Below are positions 1 to 10,742 of a stretch of 64,000 nt of DNA, one piece after another. The notes beneath the pieces were generated by a model. The model made no database searches. It worked only from the letters and a program-made list of their open reading frames with translations, and was not told the origin of the DNA. The stretch is from Octopus sinensis. Its lineage: Eukaryota. Location of the stretch: assembly GCF_006345805.1 (NCBI RefSeq), contig NC_043000.1:10788001-10852000 (forward strand). The letters are read 5' to 3'. Both the position numbers and the translations under genes were made by a program. How positions within the stretch are numbered: position 1 is the first letter of the stretch; every line of letters starts with the position of its first letter.

Positions 1-281
1 AAGAGTAATAATACTGATGTTTCATGTAGAGTCATGATGCTGGTGTTTCATGTTGACATGTCACTGATTGCTCTGCACTTTCAGAGACCTTGTGAAGGAA
101 ACATCCATTACTTAAAAAAACAGTGAAAGGTAGGGGGCAAGAAGATTACCCAGTCATAAAATCCTACCTCAACTATCTTCCTGTCTAACCCATGCTCACA
201 TGGAAAAACAGCCATGAAACAAAAGAACAGTGTATGTGTGAATATATTTGAATGCATCTATATATGTGCGTTTATATAATA

Positions 282-666
282 CTAGCAGTATCGCCCGGCG
301 TTGCTCAGGTTTGTAAGGGAAATAACTATAAAGCATTTTTAGAGAGTTATAGCCAAAAAATAGCAAAAAAATGGAAAAAAAAAATATGGTAAATTTTTTT
401 TTGAGTTAAAAAAGGTCGAGTTGCGTCCCCTAGACAGTCTGTGGTTTGTGTTTCTGATTCTCGACCCCATGTCGAATTTATCGATTTTTTTCAGAACTGG
501 GGGAACTTTTCAAAATTTTCGCTGCGTTAGTTTTGAATTATGACATTGGGCTATGTGTGTGTCAAGTTTCATCAGAATCGGTTGAAAGCCGTGGTCAGAG
601 TGAGGGTACGAGAAAACAGACACACAGAAACACACACAGACAAACTGCCGTTTATATATAGAGAGA
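282..666 (-). mobile_element. Non-autonomous Helitron-like (DINE/HINE-type) element
   Basis: The minus strand starts TC(TCTCTATATATAAA) and ends ...GCAACGCCGGGCGATACTGCTAG, i.e. a GC-rich hairpin followed by CTAG, inserted between A and T. The first ~100 bp are shared with 29078 and 34381. Confidence 0.75.
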
Positions 667-680
667 TATATACATATATA

Positions 681-925
681 GGCGCAGGCATGGCTGTATG
701 GTAAAAAGCTTGCAAGCTGGCAGAAACGTTAGCATGCCGGGCGAAATGCTTAGTGGTATTTCGTCTGCTGCTATGTTCTGAGTTCCAATTCCGCCGAGGT
801 CGACTTTGCCTTTCATCCTTTCGGGGTCGATTAAATAAGTACCAGTTACACACTGGGGTCGATGTAATCGACTTAATCTGTTTATCTGTCCTTGTTTGTT
901 CCCTCTGTGTTCTGTGTTTAGCCCC
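681..925 (+). mobile_element. SINE-A head stub fused to SINE-B (tRNA-derived; Nin/Deu-like central domain)
   Basis: GGCGCAGGCATGGCTGTATGG head, then GCTGGCAGAAACGTTAGC, a B-box-like GAGTTCCAATTCC and the GCCTTTCATCCTTTCGGGGTCGAT core. Many copies elsewhere in the window. Confidence 0.8.
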
Positions 926-1447
926 TTCATCATCATCATCATCATTTAGCGTCCGTTTTCCATGCTAGCATGGGTTGGACGGTTCAACTGTGGTCTGTGA
1001 AGCCAGAAGGCTTCATCAGGCCCAGTCAGATCTGGCAGTGTTTCTATGGCTGGATGCCCTTCCTAACGCCAACCACTCCGTGAGTGTAGTGGGTGCTTTT
1101 TACGTGCCACCCGCACAGGTGCCAGACAGAGCTGGCAAACGGCCACGAAAGGATGGTGCTTTTACGTGCCATTGGCACAGGGGCCAGGCGAGGCTGGCAA
1201 CGGACATGAACGGATGGTGCTTTTACGTGCCACCGGCACGGGGGCCAGGCGAGGCTGGCAACGGACACGAGCGGATGGTGCTTTTGGCAACGGACATGAA
1301 CGGATGGTGCTTTTACGTGCCACCAGCACGGGGGCCAGGCAAGGCTGGCAGCGGACACGAATGGATGGTGCTTTTACGTGCCACCGGCACGGGGGCCAGG
1401 CGAGGCTGGCTACAGACACAAGCGGATGGTGCTTTTACGTGCCACCT
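925..1447 (-). mobile_element. RTE LINE 3' UTR with internal minisatellite and (GAT)n tail
   Basis: GGCGTTAGGAAGGGCATCCAGCC...CCCATGCTAGCATG...(GAT)n on the minus strand, directly downstream of the RT fragment. Repeated GGCACGTAAAAGCACCATCC units. Confidence 0.85.
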
Positions 1448-2366
1448 ACCTTCCTACTTATTAGGACTTTGGTTTTGGCTAGGTTGATTCTAACCTTGCT
1501 TCCACACCTGAAACTTCTCCTCCAGTTCTGATAGAGACTCAGCAATTAGAGCAAGGTCATCAGCATAGAGGAGCTCCCAGGGGCATCCAGTCTTGAATTC
1601 CTCCGTTATTGCCTGGAGGACTATGATAAATAGGAGGGCACTGAGGACTGAACCTTGGTGGACCTCAACCTCTACCCTGAATTCTTCACTGTACTCGATG
1701 CCAACCCTCACCTTACTAGCAGCGTCTCTGTACATGGCTTGTACAGCTCTCACTAACCATTCATCTATCTCTAGTTTCCTCATTGACCACCAGATAAGGG
1801 ATCGGGGGACCCTGTTGAAGGCTTTCTCCATATCAACAAAAGCCAGGTATAGGGGCTTGTCTTTGGCTAGGTATTTCTCCTGCAGCTGTCTTACCAGGAA
1901 AATAGCATCAGTAGTACTTTTCCCTGGCACGAACCCAAACTGCATCTGATCTAAACTAACTCTCTCTCTAATTAGTTGGGCTATAACCCTCTCCGTAACC
2001 TTCATTACCTGATCCAGCAGCTTGATACCCCTGTAGTTATTTGTATCTAGGGCGTCACCTTTACCTTTGTAGCACTTGACTATTATGCTGCTACACCAGT
2101 CATTGGGTATGACTCCTTCGTGTATCACCTGGTTAACTATACGGGTGACTAGGCTATAGCCGACACTACCAGATATTTTGAGCATCTCTGCAGTAATTCC
2201 TGATGGGCCTGGGGCTTTCCCTGTTTTCATGCTTGTAATTGCCTTAACTACTAAGGAGCTGTCAACTCGGATTGCTGGTCCCTCTGTTGGGTCAACATTT
2301 GGCAGACTCTCTTTATCCCATTCATTTTCCTCATTCAGCAACCTTTCATAGTGGCGTCTCCACTTG
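1447..2366 (-). pseudogene. RTE-clade LINE reverse transcriptase fragment
   Basis: ORF 1490..2404 contains KAPGPSGI, YRGIKLL, QFGFVPG, FVDMEKAF, VHQGSVLS and LLYADDL motifs. It is truncated at both ends and frameshifted near 1490. The first ~12 aa of the ORF come from adjacent SINE sequence. Confidence 0.93.
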
Positions 2367-2612
2367 TGGGCAGTAAAGAAATAAGAAGCTTGCTTCCCAA
2401 CCACATGGTTCTGAGTTCAGTCCCACTGTGTAGCACCTTGGGCAAGTGTCTTCTACTATAGCCTTGGGCCAACCAAAGCCTTGTGAGTGGATTTGGTAGA
2501 CAGAAATTAAAAGAAGCCTGTTGTGTATATATGTATATCTGTGTGTGTGCGTTTATTTCCTCGTAACTTAGCGGTTCAGCATGGCTGCAGTCAAATGACT
2601 GAAGCAAAAGAT
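2363..2612 (+). mobile_element. Internally deleted SINE-A preceded by a SINE-B tail stub
   Basis: CTTGTGGGCAGTAAAGAAATAAGAA (SINE-B tail), then GCTTGCTTCCCAACCACATGGTTCTGAGTTCAGTCCCACTG...CCTTGGGCAAGTGTCTTCTACTATAGCC. Confidence 0.75.
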
Positions 2613-2707
2613 TAAGATATATAATCAAAAATAGCACTTAACTCCTGTGATAGGAGTTGTACATATTTAAGAACACTTTGACTCAGCCCTACATTACTCA
2701 GTTTCAG

Positions 2708-2749
2708 AGGTGGTGATGAATGACTATGGCATCAGATGTATGGATCAGA
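2708..2749 (+). CDS. Candidate 42-nt phase-1 micro-exon (x-VVMNDYGIRCMDQ-x)
   Basis: TACTCAG/TTTCAG acceptor(s) and a GA|GTAAGG donor. Only the phase-1 frame is open. No protein family recognised. Confidence 0.25.
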
Positions 2750-3034
2750 GTAAGGTCAATATAAGGGTGGTTTCGAAGTGAGAATATTTGGTAATTTCAT
2801 TTATTAGTTCTTACTTAAGCCCTTTGCTCCCTAATCGAACATAATCCATTGACAACTTTTCTCCCTTATTCTTGACTTAGCGGTCTTTTCTGCTTCTCTC
2901 ATGTTGGATCCCTGCTTTTCAGCTCTGCCACTGTACGAGAATGATGTATGTTGTTGTTTAACCCAAGGTTAATTTTGATTGATTAGATCTATAATGGAAA
3001 GCATTCCAGCCAGCCAGCTAGGACCATTGCATAT

Positions 3035-3262
3035 TTAACCCTCTAGCATTCTGATTAATTTATCAAATGTAATGTTTATGTATCCATATTTTAAAAAATT
3101 AATCACATATTATCTTTTAGCTTCAAGATTTTGAAGATGTACTCATTTAATTTTAGAATGACATTGTAGGGTAGGTGTGAGAGACTGGATCTGGCCAGTT
3201 TGAACATAAAACAGGTAGACCATTTGGGCCGAATATGGTCGGTTTAAATGTTAAAAGGTTAA
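3035..3262. mobile_element. piggyBac-like MITE family 2
   Basis: TTAA CCCTCTAGCATT ... AATGTTAAAAGG TTAA. Homologous copies at 5581, 5898, 13158, 14075, 36212, 36440, 36953 and 47557. Confidence 0.75.
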
Positions 3263-3399
3263 GGGGTGTCTCAAACTAAATTATCCAATGTCAGGTTTGA
3301 CTTAAAGGAGATTGGCTGCTATTTCTACCAGGTATAGTAATCTGGTTAGTTTTGAATTATCATTGATTCTTCTGTAACTTTGCTCTTTTTTCTTCTTAG

Positions 3400-3545
3400 T
3401 ATGGGAAGTAGTCCTTATTAGCCTGGCGTCTATCCTTTGACCTAGTCAGCATGGGATGCTTAACCAGGAGATTGTGCTCTGCTAGCATAGCTCCCAAGGT
3501 TATTGAAGCACACAAGCTATCACACCCCAACAAGGACTGGATCAT
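3400..3545 (-). mobile_element. Old RTE (BovB/Expander-like) 5' UTR fragment; second copy at ~6790-6960
   Basis: TATCCTTTGACCT...ACCAGGAG...GCATAGCTC...GAAGCAC motif, shared between ~3340-3540 and ~6710-6950. Confidence 0.5.
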
Positions 3546-3899
3546 ATGGTTGATATGTCCATTCTGGTCACATACATAGTTTGATAAAAAAAAAGTATAA
3601 CAAATACTTTTATTTATGCTTTCACTTAATAGAGAAGACAGTGGAGTGGTACTAGTTAGTTGGCAGACTAGGATTTGACAACTTAGCAACATCACCCAGT
3701 GGTGGGTGGAATGCAAGTTGGTCCATGTGGCAAGGTAACCGGCCTTTTAGTGTCAGGTTACATACCACATGGTGTGTCATGGATAACTGTGTGTGGTGTA
3801 TTTGTAGCTGGGTACTGGTAGGCCATATTGAGGGTACACAGAAAAGAAATAATTTCACTGAAGGCAAGCAGAGATTGTTTTCCCTGTAACTGTGCATCT

Positions 3900-4445
3900 G
3901 CCAGCTAGGCTTAAGGTGGTTTTTCAGAGGCATCAGTGGCCAATGGTTTGAAATTCATAAATAGGATCTATCTTTGGTGATGGTATTATAATAGATCAGT
4001 TTTCCAATTGATTGATTCTGCTGGTTGTTGCAGTATATGTTGTGAGTAAAGCAAGGCTCTGTCAAGGATGCTGCGTGTGATGTTGGGAAAGACATTTTTT
4101 TGACTCTTGAGTCTCTAGATAAAGTACGAGAGGGAGATGGTGATTTTCTTGTCTTTACACCTGAATGAGTGCATATGTTGTGTAAATCATTCTTTGAAAT
4201 CATTGGTTGTTATGCTTACTCATGTAGTACCTTATGATGCCATCAGATTGCATGAAGGTAGCTCTGTGGACCATAGCCTTTGAGAGGCAAGTACTCCTTG
4301 TGGGCAGTTGCCTTGGCAGTTACAGGCTGGACATTGTGTGGCTGTGTTTCCATTATAGTGTGTAATGTTGGAAGTGATTTTATCTAAGCATGAATAACTA
4401 ACCTAAACATTATGGGCATTAAAGAGTTTATGAAGATTGTAATCT
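3900..4445 (-). pseudogene. Decayed Penelope-like element ORF (linker plus GIY-YIG endonuclease)
   Basis: Translation across frameshifts gives LHKLFNAHNV*VSYSCLDKI...CNCQGNCP...KAMVHRATFMQSDG...SITTNDFKE*FTQHMHSFRCKDKK...LSYFI*RLKS...NITRSILDRAL, collinear with the Penelope RT-linker/GIY-YIG region. Confidence 0.8.
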
Positions 4446-4527
4446 AAGTAGGGGCTAAACTACAATAACTTATCTGAGTAGGGGCTGAACTACCATAACT
4501 TATCTAAATAGGAGCTAAACTACCATG
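4441..4527. repeat. 30-bp tandem repeat, ~2.9 copies
   Basis: Unit (T/A)ATCTAAGTAGGGGCTAAACTAC(A/C)ATAACT at 4441, 4471 and 4501. Confidence 0.9.
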
Positions 4528-5071
4528 ACATATTAAGCAACTACCTACCACAAAGAGCTTCTTTACAAAACATTCCCTACATAAAAAAAATAAGATTACA
4601 TGAACAGGAGAACTACTAAAGAATTTATGGGGACAGTGAAGACTAACAGAGATAACAAAGAAAGAATGAAAATACACTAGATAAACAACAAGCATTCCAA
4701 CTTCAGTTGCCTAAGCAAATATTTTCATGTTTTTTATACCAAATGGTAGCACCATTCTGTCTGACAGTGTCAGCTATGTTCAGATATTATTTTAATACTG
4801 TGTAGGATTACACAAGTATAATTTGTACATGAGACAAAACAAAAATTAAAAACGAAACATAAACACCATACCTGGATGAAAAATGTAGACAGCAGAAAAA
4901 ACACTAGGCCCCAGGATGCCATAGTACAAGTGACTTACACAGCAGAAATGGAAGTAATGATAGAGGAGAAAGAGCCAGCCCACAAGTAGAAGGGAGAACA
5001 GTGGGAGAAAAACAGCACTTGTCTATCAAAGAGAAAGAAGGAAGGAGAATAACTGACAATAACACATCTAA

Positions 5072-5299
5072 TTAACCCATTCGTTACTGTATTTATTTTG
5101 AGATGTTCTGTGTTTCTTTCAATTACTTTAAATATAACAAAGAATTTAGTAAAATAACTTAGTTATCATTCAGCTAATGTTAGGAACATAAATTGTGACT
5201 AAGGTTTGGTGGAAGATTTTAATTAAAATCTTATGAAAACAAGACATTTATACTCAGAGTCAGAGCCAGTTTCAGCCAGGTTAGTAACGAATGAGTTAA
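5072..5299. mobile_element. piggyBac-like MITE family 1
   Basis: TTAACCCATTCGTTAC...GTAACGAATGAGTTAA imperfect TIRs with TTAA ends. Reverse orientation relative to the 7262-8433 array. Confidence 0.85.
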
Positions 5300-5580
5300 C
5301 GGTGTGTGGGGACTCTTTGTAGCATCCAACATGCACAAAAGTAAATATAACAATGGTAATTTGTACCAACTTCTCCATGGTGTACCTTAAACTATATTTA
5401 ATAATTCTGTAAATTTAAATATACTGTAACTCATTTTGTCTGCATATCTTTCTTATTATATTCCAATTTCATATATTTGTCATTAACCACAAAATTTAAT
5501 TTGCAACTCAGATGCATGCTTGAAATAGCGCCAAATTTCTTCAAAATTCTCTGTGCATACCTGGGTCACAATTGTAGTAT

Positions 5581-5801
5581 TTAATCCTTTAACATTTAAA
5601 CCGGCCATATCCAGCCCAAATGATCTACCTGTTTTATGTTCAAACTGGCCAGATCCAGTCTCTCCCACCTACCCTGCAATGTTATTCTAAAATTATGATT
5701 ACATCTTCAAAATCTTGAAGCTACAAGATAATATGTGATTAATTTTTTCAAATATGGATACATGAACATTTAATAAATTAATCTGAATGCTAAAGGGTTA
5801 A
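5581..5801. mobile_element. piggyBac-like MITE family 2
   Basis: TTAATCCTTTAACATTTAAACCGGCC...CTGAATGCTAAAGGGTTAA. Confidence 0.8.
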
Positions 5802-5897
5802 TCAACAGTTTACCACTATCTATTCCTCTTAAGCCCTTCATTTCCTATGGAGCATAGGCCATTGATGACTTTTCTCTACTCTTGACTCTAGGATGTC

Positions 5898-6693
5898 TTA
5901 ACCTTTTAGTATTCAGATTACTCTATCAAATGCAATGATCATTTATCTATATTGTTTTGAATTAATCATGCATTATCTTGTAGCTTTGAGATTTCAATGA
6001 AGTGATTGTTTACTTTTTAGAATGACATTGTAGGGAAGGTGTGAGGGACTGGCTGTGACCAGTTTGAACATAAAAAGTTAGAATATTTTGGCTGGTTATG
6101 GCTAGTTAAAATATTGGGTTGTCCGGAAAGTTCGTGCCAATTTATAGTAGCTTACTTTTCGACGTATTTTAGAACATGGTTGAGTCCATAAAATAGGATT
6201 TTACTACACCTCCATTTAGAGCACAGTTTAAGCTATATTTTCATGGAAGAAGTTTTATGTTCCTATAACCTGTATTAATTCTGTAACCCTTTAAATTGGA
6301 AGATAAGAAAGTTCATTTTTGGCACTTGATGCTTTGGGAACCAGACAAAAATTGCTGCAGCTTGGCTGGGATGTGTTACCCCACCCTCTATATTCACCAG
6401 ATATTGCTCCTTTGGATTTCCACTTATTCAGTTCTCTGCAGAATAGTCTAAATGGTAAAAATTTCATTTCCTTGGATGACATAAAAAGATATCTTGATGA
6501 ATTCCTTGCCATGAAACCACCTCAATTCTGGGAAGAGGGTATTTTCAAGTTAAAGGAAAGATAGAAACGCATTGTGCAGCAAAATGGTTCATATTTGGTT
6601 GATTAAAAATGTAATGGCCAGTATTTATCGACCTTTTTTTTTCCTTTAAAAATTGGCATGAACTTTCTGGACAACCCAGTACAAAAGGGTTAA
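5898..6693. mobile_element. piggyBac-like MITE family 2 interrupted by a mariner element
   Basis: TTAACCTTTTAGTATTCAG... The right end CAAAAGGGTTAA resumes after the mariner at 6680-6693. Confidence 0.75.
6114..6679 (+). mobile_element. Mariner (DD34D) internal-deletion derivative with both TIRs
   Basis: TA|TTGGGTTGTCCGGAAAGTTCGTGCCAAT ... ATTGGCATGAACTTTCTGGACAACCCAG|TA. It encodes MEDKKVHF fused to TRQKLLQLGWDVLPHPLYSPDIAPLDFHLF...KPPQFWEEGIFKL. Confidence 0.92.
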
Positions 6694-7261
6694 GGCCTTT
6701 CCCACTCAGGTTTTGTTGGTTTTGAATTGTCATCGATGCTTCTGTAACTTTGCTTTTTTTCTAGGTAGTAGTGTTGGCCCTATGTAAAACCAATTTTTAC
6801 CTCTGGGAAGAGGTGGCCTATTTTAGTTTAGCCTTTATCCTTTGACCTGTCCAACATTGTAGGCTCTACCAGGAGCTTTTGCTCCACTGGCATGGCTCAG
6901 GTGTCACTGAAGCACGCATGCCACCACGTTGCAAAAAGGACTGGACCTTGTGAAATTTACTACTGTATCTTTGTCTAATCATTTGATCTATCACATGATA
7001 CACTTTTTCTATAAACACATCAAAGTTTTAAGTTATTCTCCTATACATAGATTATCTCTCTGGAAAAAAAATGCTGCAACTCAATCTATCTAGAATGCAA
7101 CTAGATGTGTTAGGCATTTCTGCTACTTTAAAATCAAAAACATTAATTGTAGTAGAAGTATTACTTACCATTAACTACCCCAACCATAGTTGCTGAACCA
7201 AACCCATCATTTTTGTATACAGGCATTATAAGCATTGCTGTGTTAGTTCAGAAGATAGCGG

Positions 7262-8433
7262 CAAATTCTGAATTAAAACCTTCCACCAAACCTTAGTCAT
7301 AATTTATGTTCCTAACACTAGCTTAATGATAACTAAGTTATTTCACTAAATTCTTTGTTATATTTAAAATTAATCGAAAGAAACACATAGCATCTCAACA
7401 GAAATATGGTAACAAAAGGGTTAAAATATATTACAGAGAAACAATTTTTGACCCTTTTGATACCAACCCGGCTGAAACCAGCTCTGGCTCTGAGTACAAA
7501 TGTCTTGTTTTCATAAGTTTTGAATTAAAATCTTCCATCAAACCTTAGTCACAATTTATGTTCCTAACACTAGCTGAATGATAACTAAGTTATTTTACTA
7601 AATTCTTTGTTATATTTAAAATTAATCGAAAGAAACACATAGCATCTCAACAGAAATATGGTAACAAAAGGGTTAAAATATATTACAGAGAAACAATTTT
7701 TGACCCTTTTGATACCAACCCGCTGGCTGAAACCAGCTCTGGCTCTGAGTACAAATGTCTTGTTTTCATAAGTTTTGAATTAAAATCTTCCATCAAACCT
7801 TAGTCACAATTTATGTTCCTAACACTAGCTGAATGATAACTAAGTTATTTTACTAAATTCTTTGTTATATCTAAAATTAATTGAAAAGAACACTGAGCAT
7901 TACAACAGAATATGGTAACGAAAGGGTTAAAAATATAATAGAGAAACAATTCTAACCCTTTCGTTACCAACCAGACTGAAACCGGCTCTGGCTCTGTGGT
8001 ACAAATGTCTTGTTTTCATAAGTTTTGAATTAAAATCTTCCACCAAACCTTAGTCACAATTTATGTTCCTAACACTAGCTGAATGATAACTAAGTGATTT
8101 TACTAAATTCTTTGTTATATTTAAAATTAATCGAAAGAAACACATAGCATCTCAACAGAAATATGGTAACAAAAGGGTTAAAATATATTACAGAGAAACA
8201 ATTTTTGACCCTTTTGATACCAACCCGGCTGAAACCAGCTCTGGCTCTGAGTACAAATGTCTTGTTTTCATAAGTTTTGAATTAAAATCTTCCACCAAAC
8301 CTTAGTCACAATTTATGTTCCTAACACTAGCTGAATGATAACTAAGTGATTTTACTAAATTCTTTGTTATATTTAAAATTAATTGAAAAGAACACTGAGC
8401 ATTACAACAGAAATATGGTAACAAAAGGGTTAA
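7262..8433. repeat. Tandem array of ~252-bp units (MITE family 1 plus ~25-bp spacer), ~4.7 copies
   Basis: GGGTTAA ends at 7424, 7676, 7930, 8181 and 8433. The shared spacer is AATATATTACAGAGAAACAATTTT. Confidence 0.92.
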
Positions 8434-8611
8434 GCAAGTGAGTTGTTATCTTACTGCCATTTGCTGCTGTAATATTTAAATAATTCCTCTTTTTAGCATC
8501 AGGGCCACCTTTGCTTTCTTCTAAATCCCTAGGTTAAATTTTACAAGTAAGTATTGTAAATGAAGTTTTGTGCATAGAATGTTTGTTGTTGTTGTTGTTA
8601 TTGGACTCTCA

Positions 8612-8965
8612 TTCATCATCATCATCATCATCGTTTAATGTCCGCTTTCCATCCTAGCATGGGTTGGACGATTTGACTGAGGTCTGGTGAACCAGATGGC
8701 TGCACCAGGATCTAAACTTGATCTGGCAGAGTTTCTACGGCTGGATGTCCTTCCTAACACCAACCACTCTGAAAGTGTAGTGGGTGCTTTTATGAGGGCC
8801 AGTCACGCAGTACTGGCAATGACCATGCACAAATGATGTTTCCTATGTGCCACCTGCACAGGAGCCAGCCCAGCGGCACTGGCAATGACCTCGCTCGAAT
8901 GTTTTTTCACGTGCCGCCGGCACAAGTTCCAGTAAGGTGACGCTGGTAACGATCACGCTCGAATG
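8612..8965 (-). mobile_element. RTE LINE 3' UTR fragment
   Basis: (CAT)n tail on the plus strand followed by the family core. Confidence 0.85.
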
Positions 8966-9267
8966 GTGTTTGTTTCAACAAATGAGGTTCCAGCAAGATA
9001 CAACTGCACAGTGTTTTTGGTTCAAAGATTTGTTGCATCCTTTCCTGTAGGAATTCCAGCCTAGCTGGTACTTGCAGATTCTGTTGCAAACATTGTAGTG
9101 GTAGTCTTCATCATTTGTGGGTAGATTTGACTTGACTTTATGCTCTGCTCTTTCCTCCTTCAGGGTGTTGATCCTGGTTGCCTCAAACTTGGAGATGGCT
9201 TGGTAGCAAGAACTTCTCCACTGGGTTCTGTTTGTCATTCCAAATAATTACATTGAGTCAAGTACAT

Positions 9268-9635
9268 CAACATCAAAATGAAAATCAAATGGAAATTGTA
9301 GTTGTGATACTCGTGCTGGTGGCACGTAAAAGGCACCATCTGAATGTGGCTGATGCTAGTGCCACCTTGACTGGCTTCTGGGCCGGTGGCATGTAAAAAG
9401 CACCAACCGATAGTGGCCATTGCCAGCCTCCTCAGGCTCCTGTGCCGGTGGCACGTAAAAAGCATCCACTACACTCGCGGAGTGGTTGGCGTTAGGAAGG
9501 GCATCCAGCTGTAGAAACACTGCCAGATCAGACTGGAGCCTGGTGCAGCTTCCTGGCTTCCCAGACCCCAGTCGAACCGTCCAACCCATACTAGCATGGA
9601 AAATAAACGTTAAACGATGATGATCATCATCATCA
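9268..9635 (+). mobile_element. RTE LINE 3' UTR fragment
   Basis: GGCGTTAGGAAGGGCATCCAGCTG...GCATGGAAAATAAACGTTAAACGATGATGAT. Confidence 0.85.
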
Positions 9636-9902
9636 TCTGTGACAGAATCTAAATCTCCAGTGTATCAATATTGATAGAATTTTAGTTAGAGACATCCTAT
9701 ATTTTGAGTTCTTATACAGTCTAGATATAAAAAAAGCATTTCAAATAAAAATTAAATATATTTAAAATGCTCTTTTACTTGATTTACTCATAAAGCCAAA
9801 GCAATTTTGAGATCCCCCACCTGAACAAAAATAAATATTGGTGAATATTTATTTTAGCATTTAATATGTATGGTATTTTTTTTTGACTTGGAAGAGTGAC
9901 AC

Positions 9903-10308
9903 TTTACTCTTACTTGTTTCAGTCATTTGACTGTGGCCATGCTGGAGAACTGCCTTTAGTCAAGCAAATCGACCCCAGGACTTATTCTTTGTAAGCCTAG
10001 TACTTATTCTATCGGTCTCTTTTGCTGAATCGCTAAGTTATGGGGACGTAAACACACCAGCATCAGTTGTCAAGCGATGTTGGGGGGGGGGGATGGCAAA
10101 CACAGACACACAAACATATACACACACACACATACATATATACGACGGGCTTCTTTCAGTTTCTGTCTACCAAATCCACTCACAAGGCTTTGGTCGATCC
10201 GAGGCTGAGGCTATAGTAGAAGACACTTGCCCAAGGTGCCACGCAGTCGAACTGAACCTGGAACCATGTGGTTGGTAAGCAAGCTACTTACCACACAGCC
10301 ACTCCTAC
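9903..10308 (-). mobile_element. Full-length SINE-A (tRNA head, CORE-like block, internal microsatellite)
   Basis: Minus strand: GGAGTGGCTGTGTGGTAAG, GGTTCAG B-box-like motif, CCTTGGGCAAGTGTCTTCTACTATAGCC and a GAAACAAGTAAGAGTAAAG tail. Confidence 0.88.
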
Positions 10309-10351
10309 TTGGGACATAAAAATGTATATTTACTAGTATAAAGCCCACATC

Positions 10352-10742
10352 ATCACTTGGCTGTGTGGTTTGGGCATAAATATGTGATACTTATATGTGA
10401 TACTTTGGGCAAGTCACTTCTGTAGCTCTGGGCTGACCAAAGCCTTGTGAGTAGATATGGTAGACAGAAACTAATAGAAGCCCATCATATATGTGTGTGT
10501 TTGTGTCTCCATATCTTGACACCATGGTAGTTAGAAAGAAGTGACTCTGTGAAAGCATATCTGGTTATGGGAAAATATTAACTTGCTTGGAAACATGTGA
10601 AAGTTGGTGACAGGAATGATATTTAGCCATGAGAAAAAACTGCCTCAATAAATCCCTTTTGATCCATGCAAGTATGGAAAAGTGGATGTTAACACAATTA
10701 TGGAGATGATGACAGTAACAGCAGCAGCAGCAATGATGATGA
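10352..10742 (+). mobile_element. SINE-H (SINE-A-like head with RTE-like 3' tail)
   Basis: GGCTGTGTGG...TTGGGCAAGTCAC head and a CCATGCAAGTATGGAAAAGTGGATGTTAA...(GAT)n tail. Confidence 0.6.

Noticed and set aside
975-1531. ORFs 975..1487, 1044..1358, 1162..1419 and 1166..1531
   Set aside because: They are translations of the RTE 3' UTR minisatellite.
7262-8433. Repeat-spacer array resembling CRISPR
   Set aside because: The repeats are ~225-bp MITEs and the spacers are copies of one another; the context is eukaryotic.
8497-8546. 50-nt exon with a strong GTAAGT donor
   Set aside because: All three frames contain stops. It could only be non-coding or use a weaker internal site, so it is not called as CDS.
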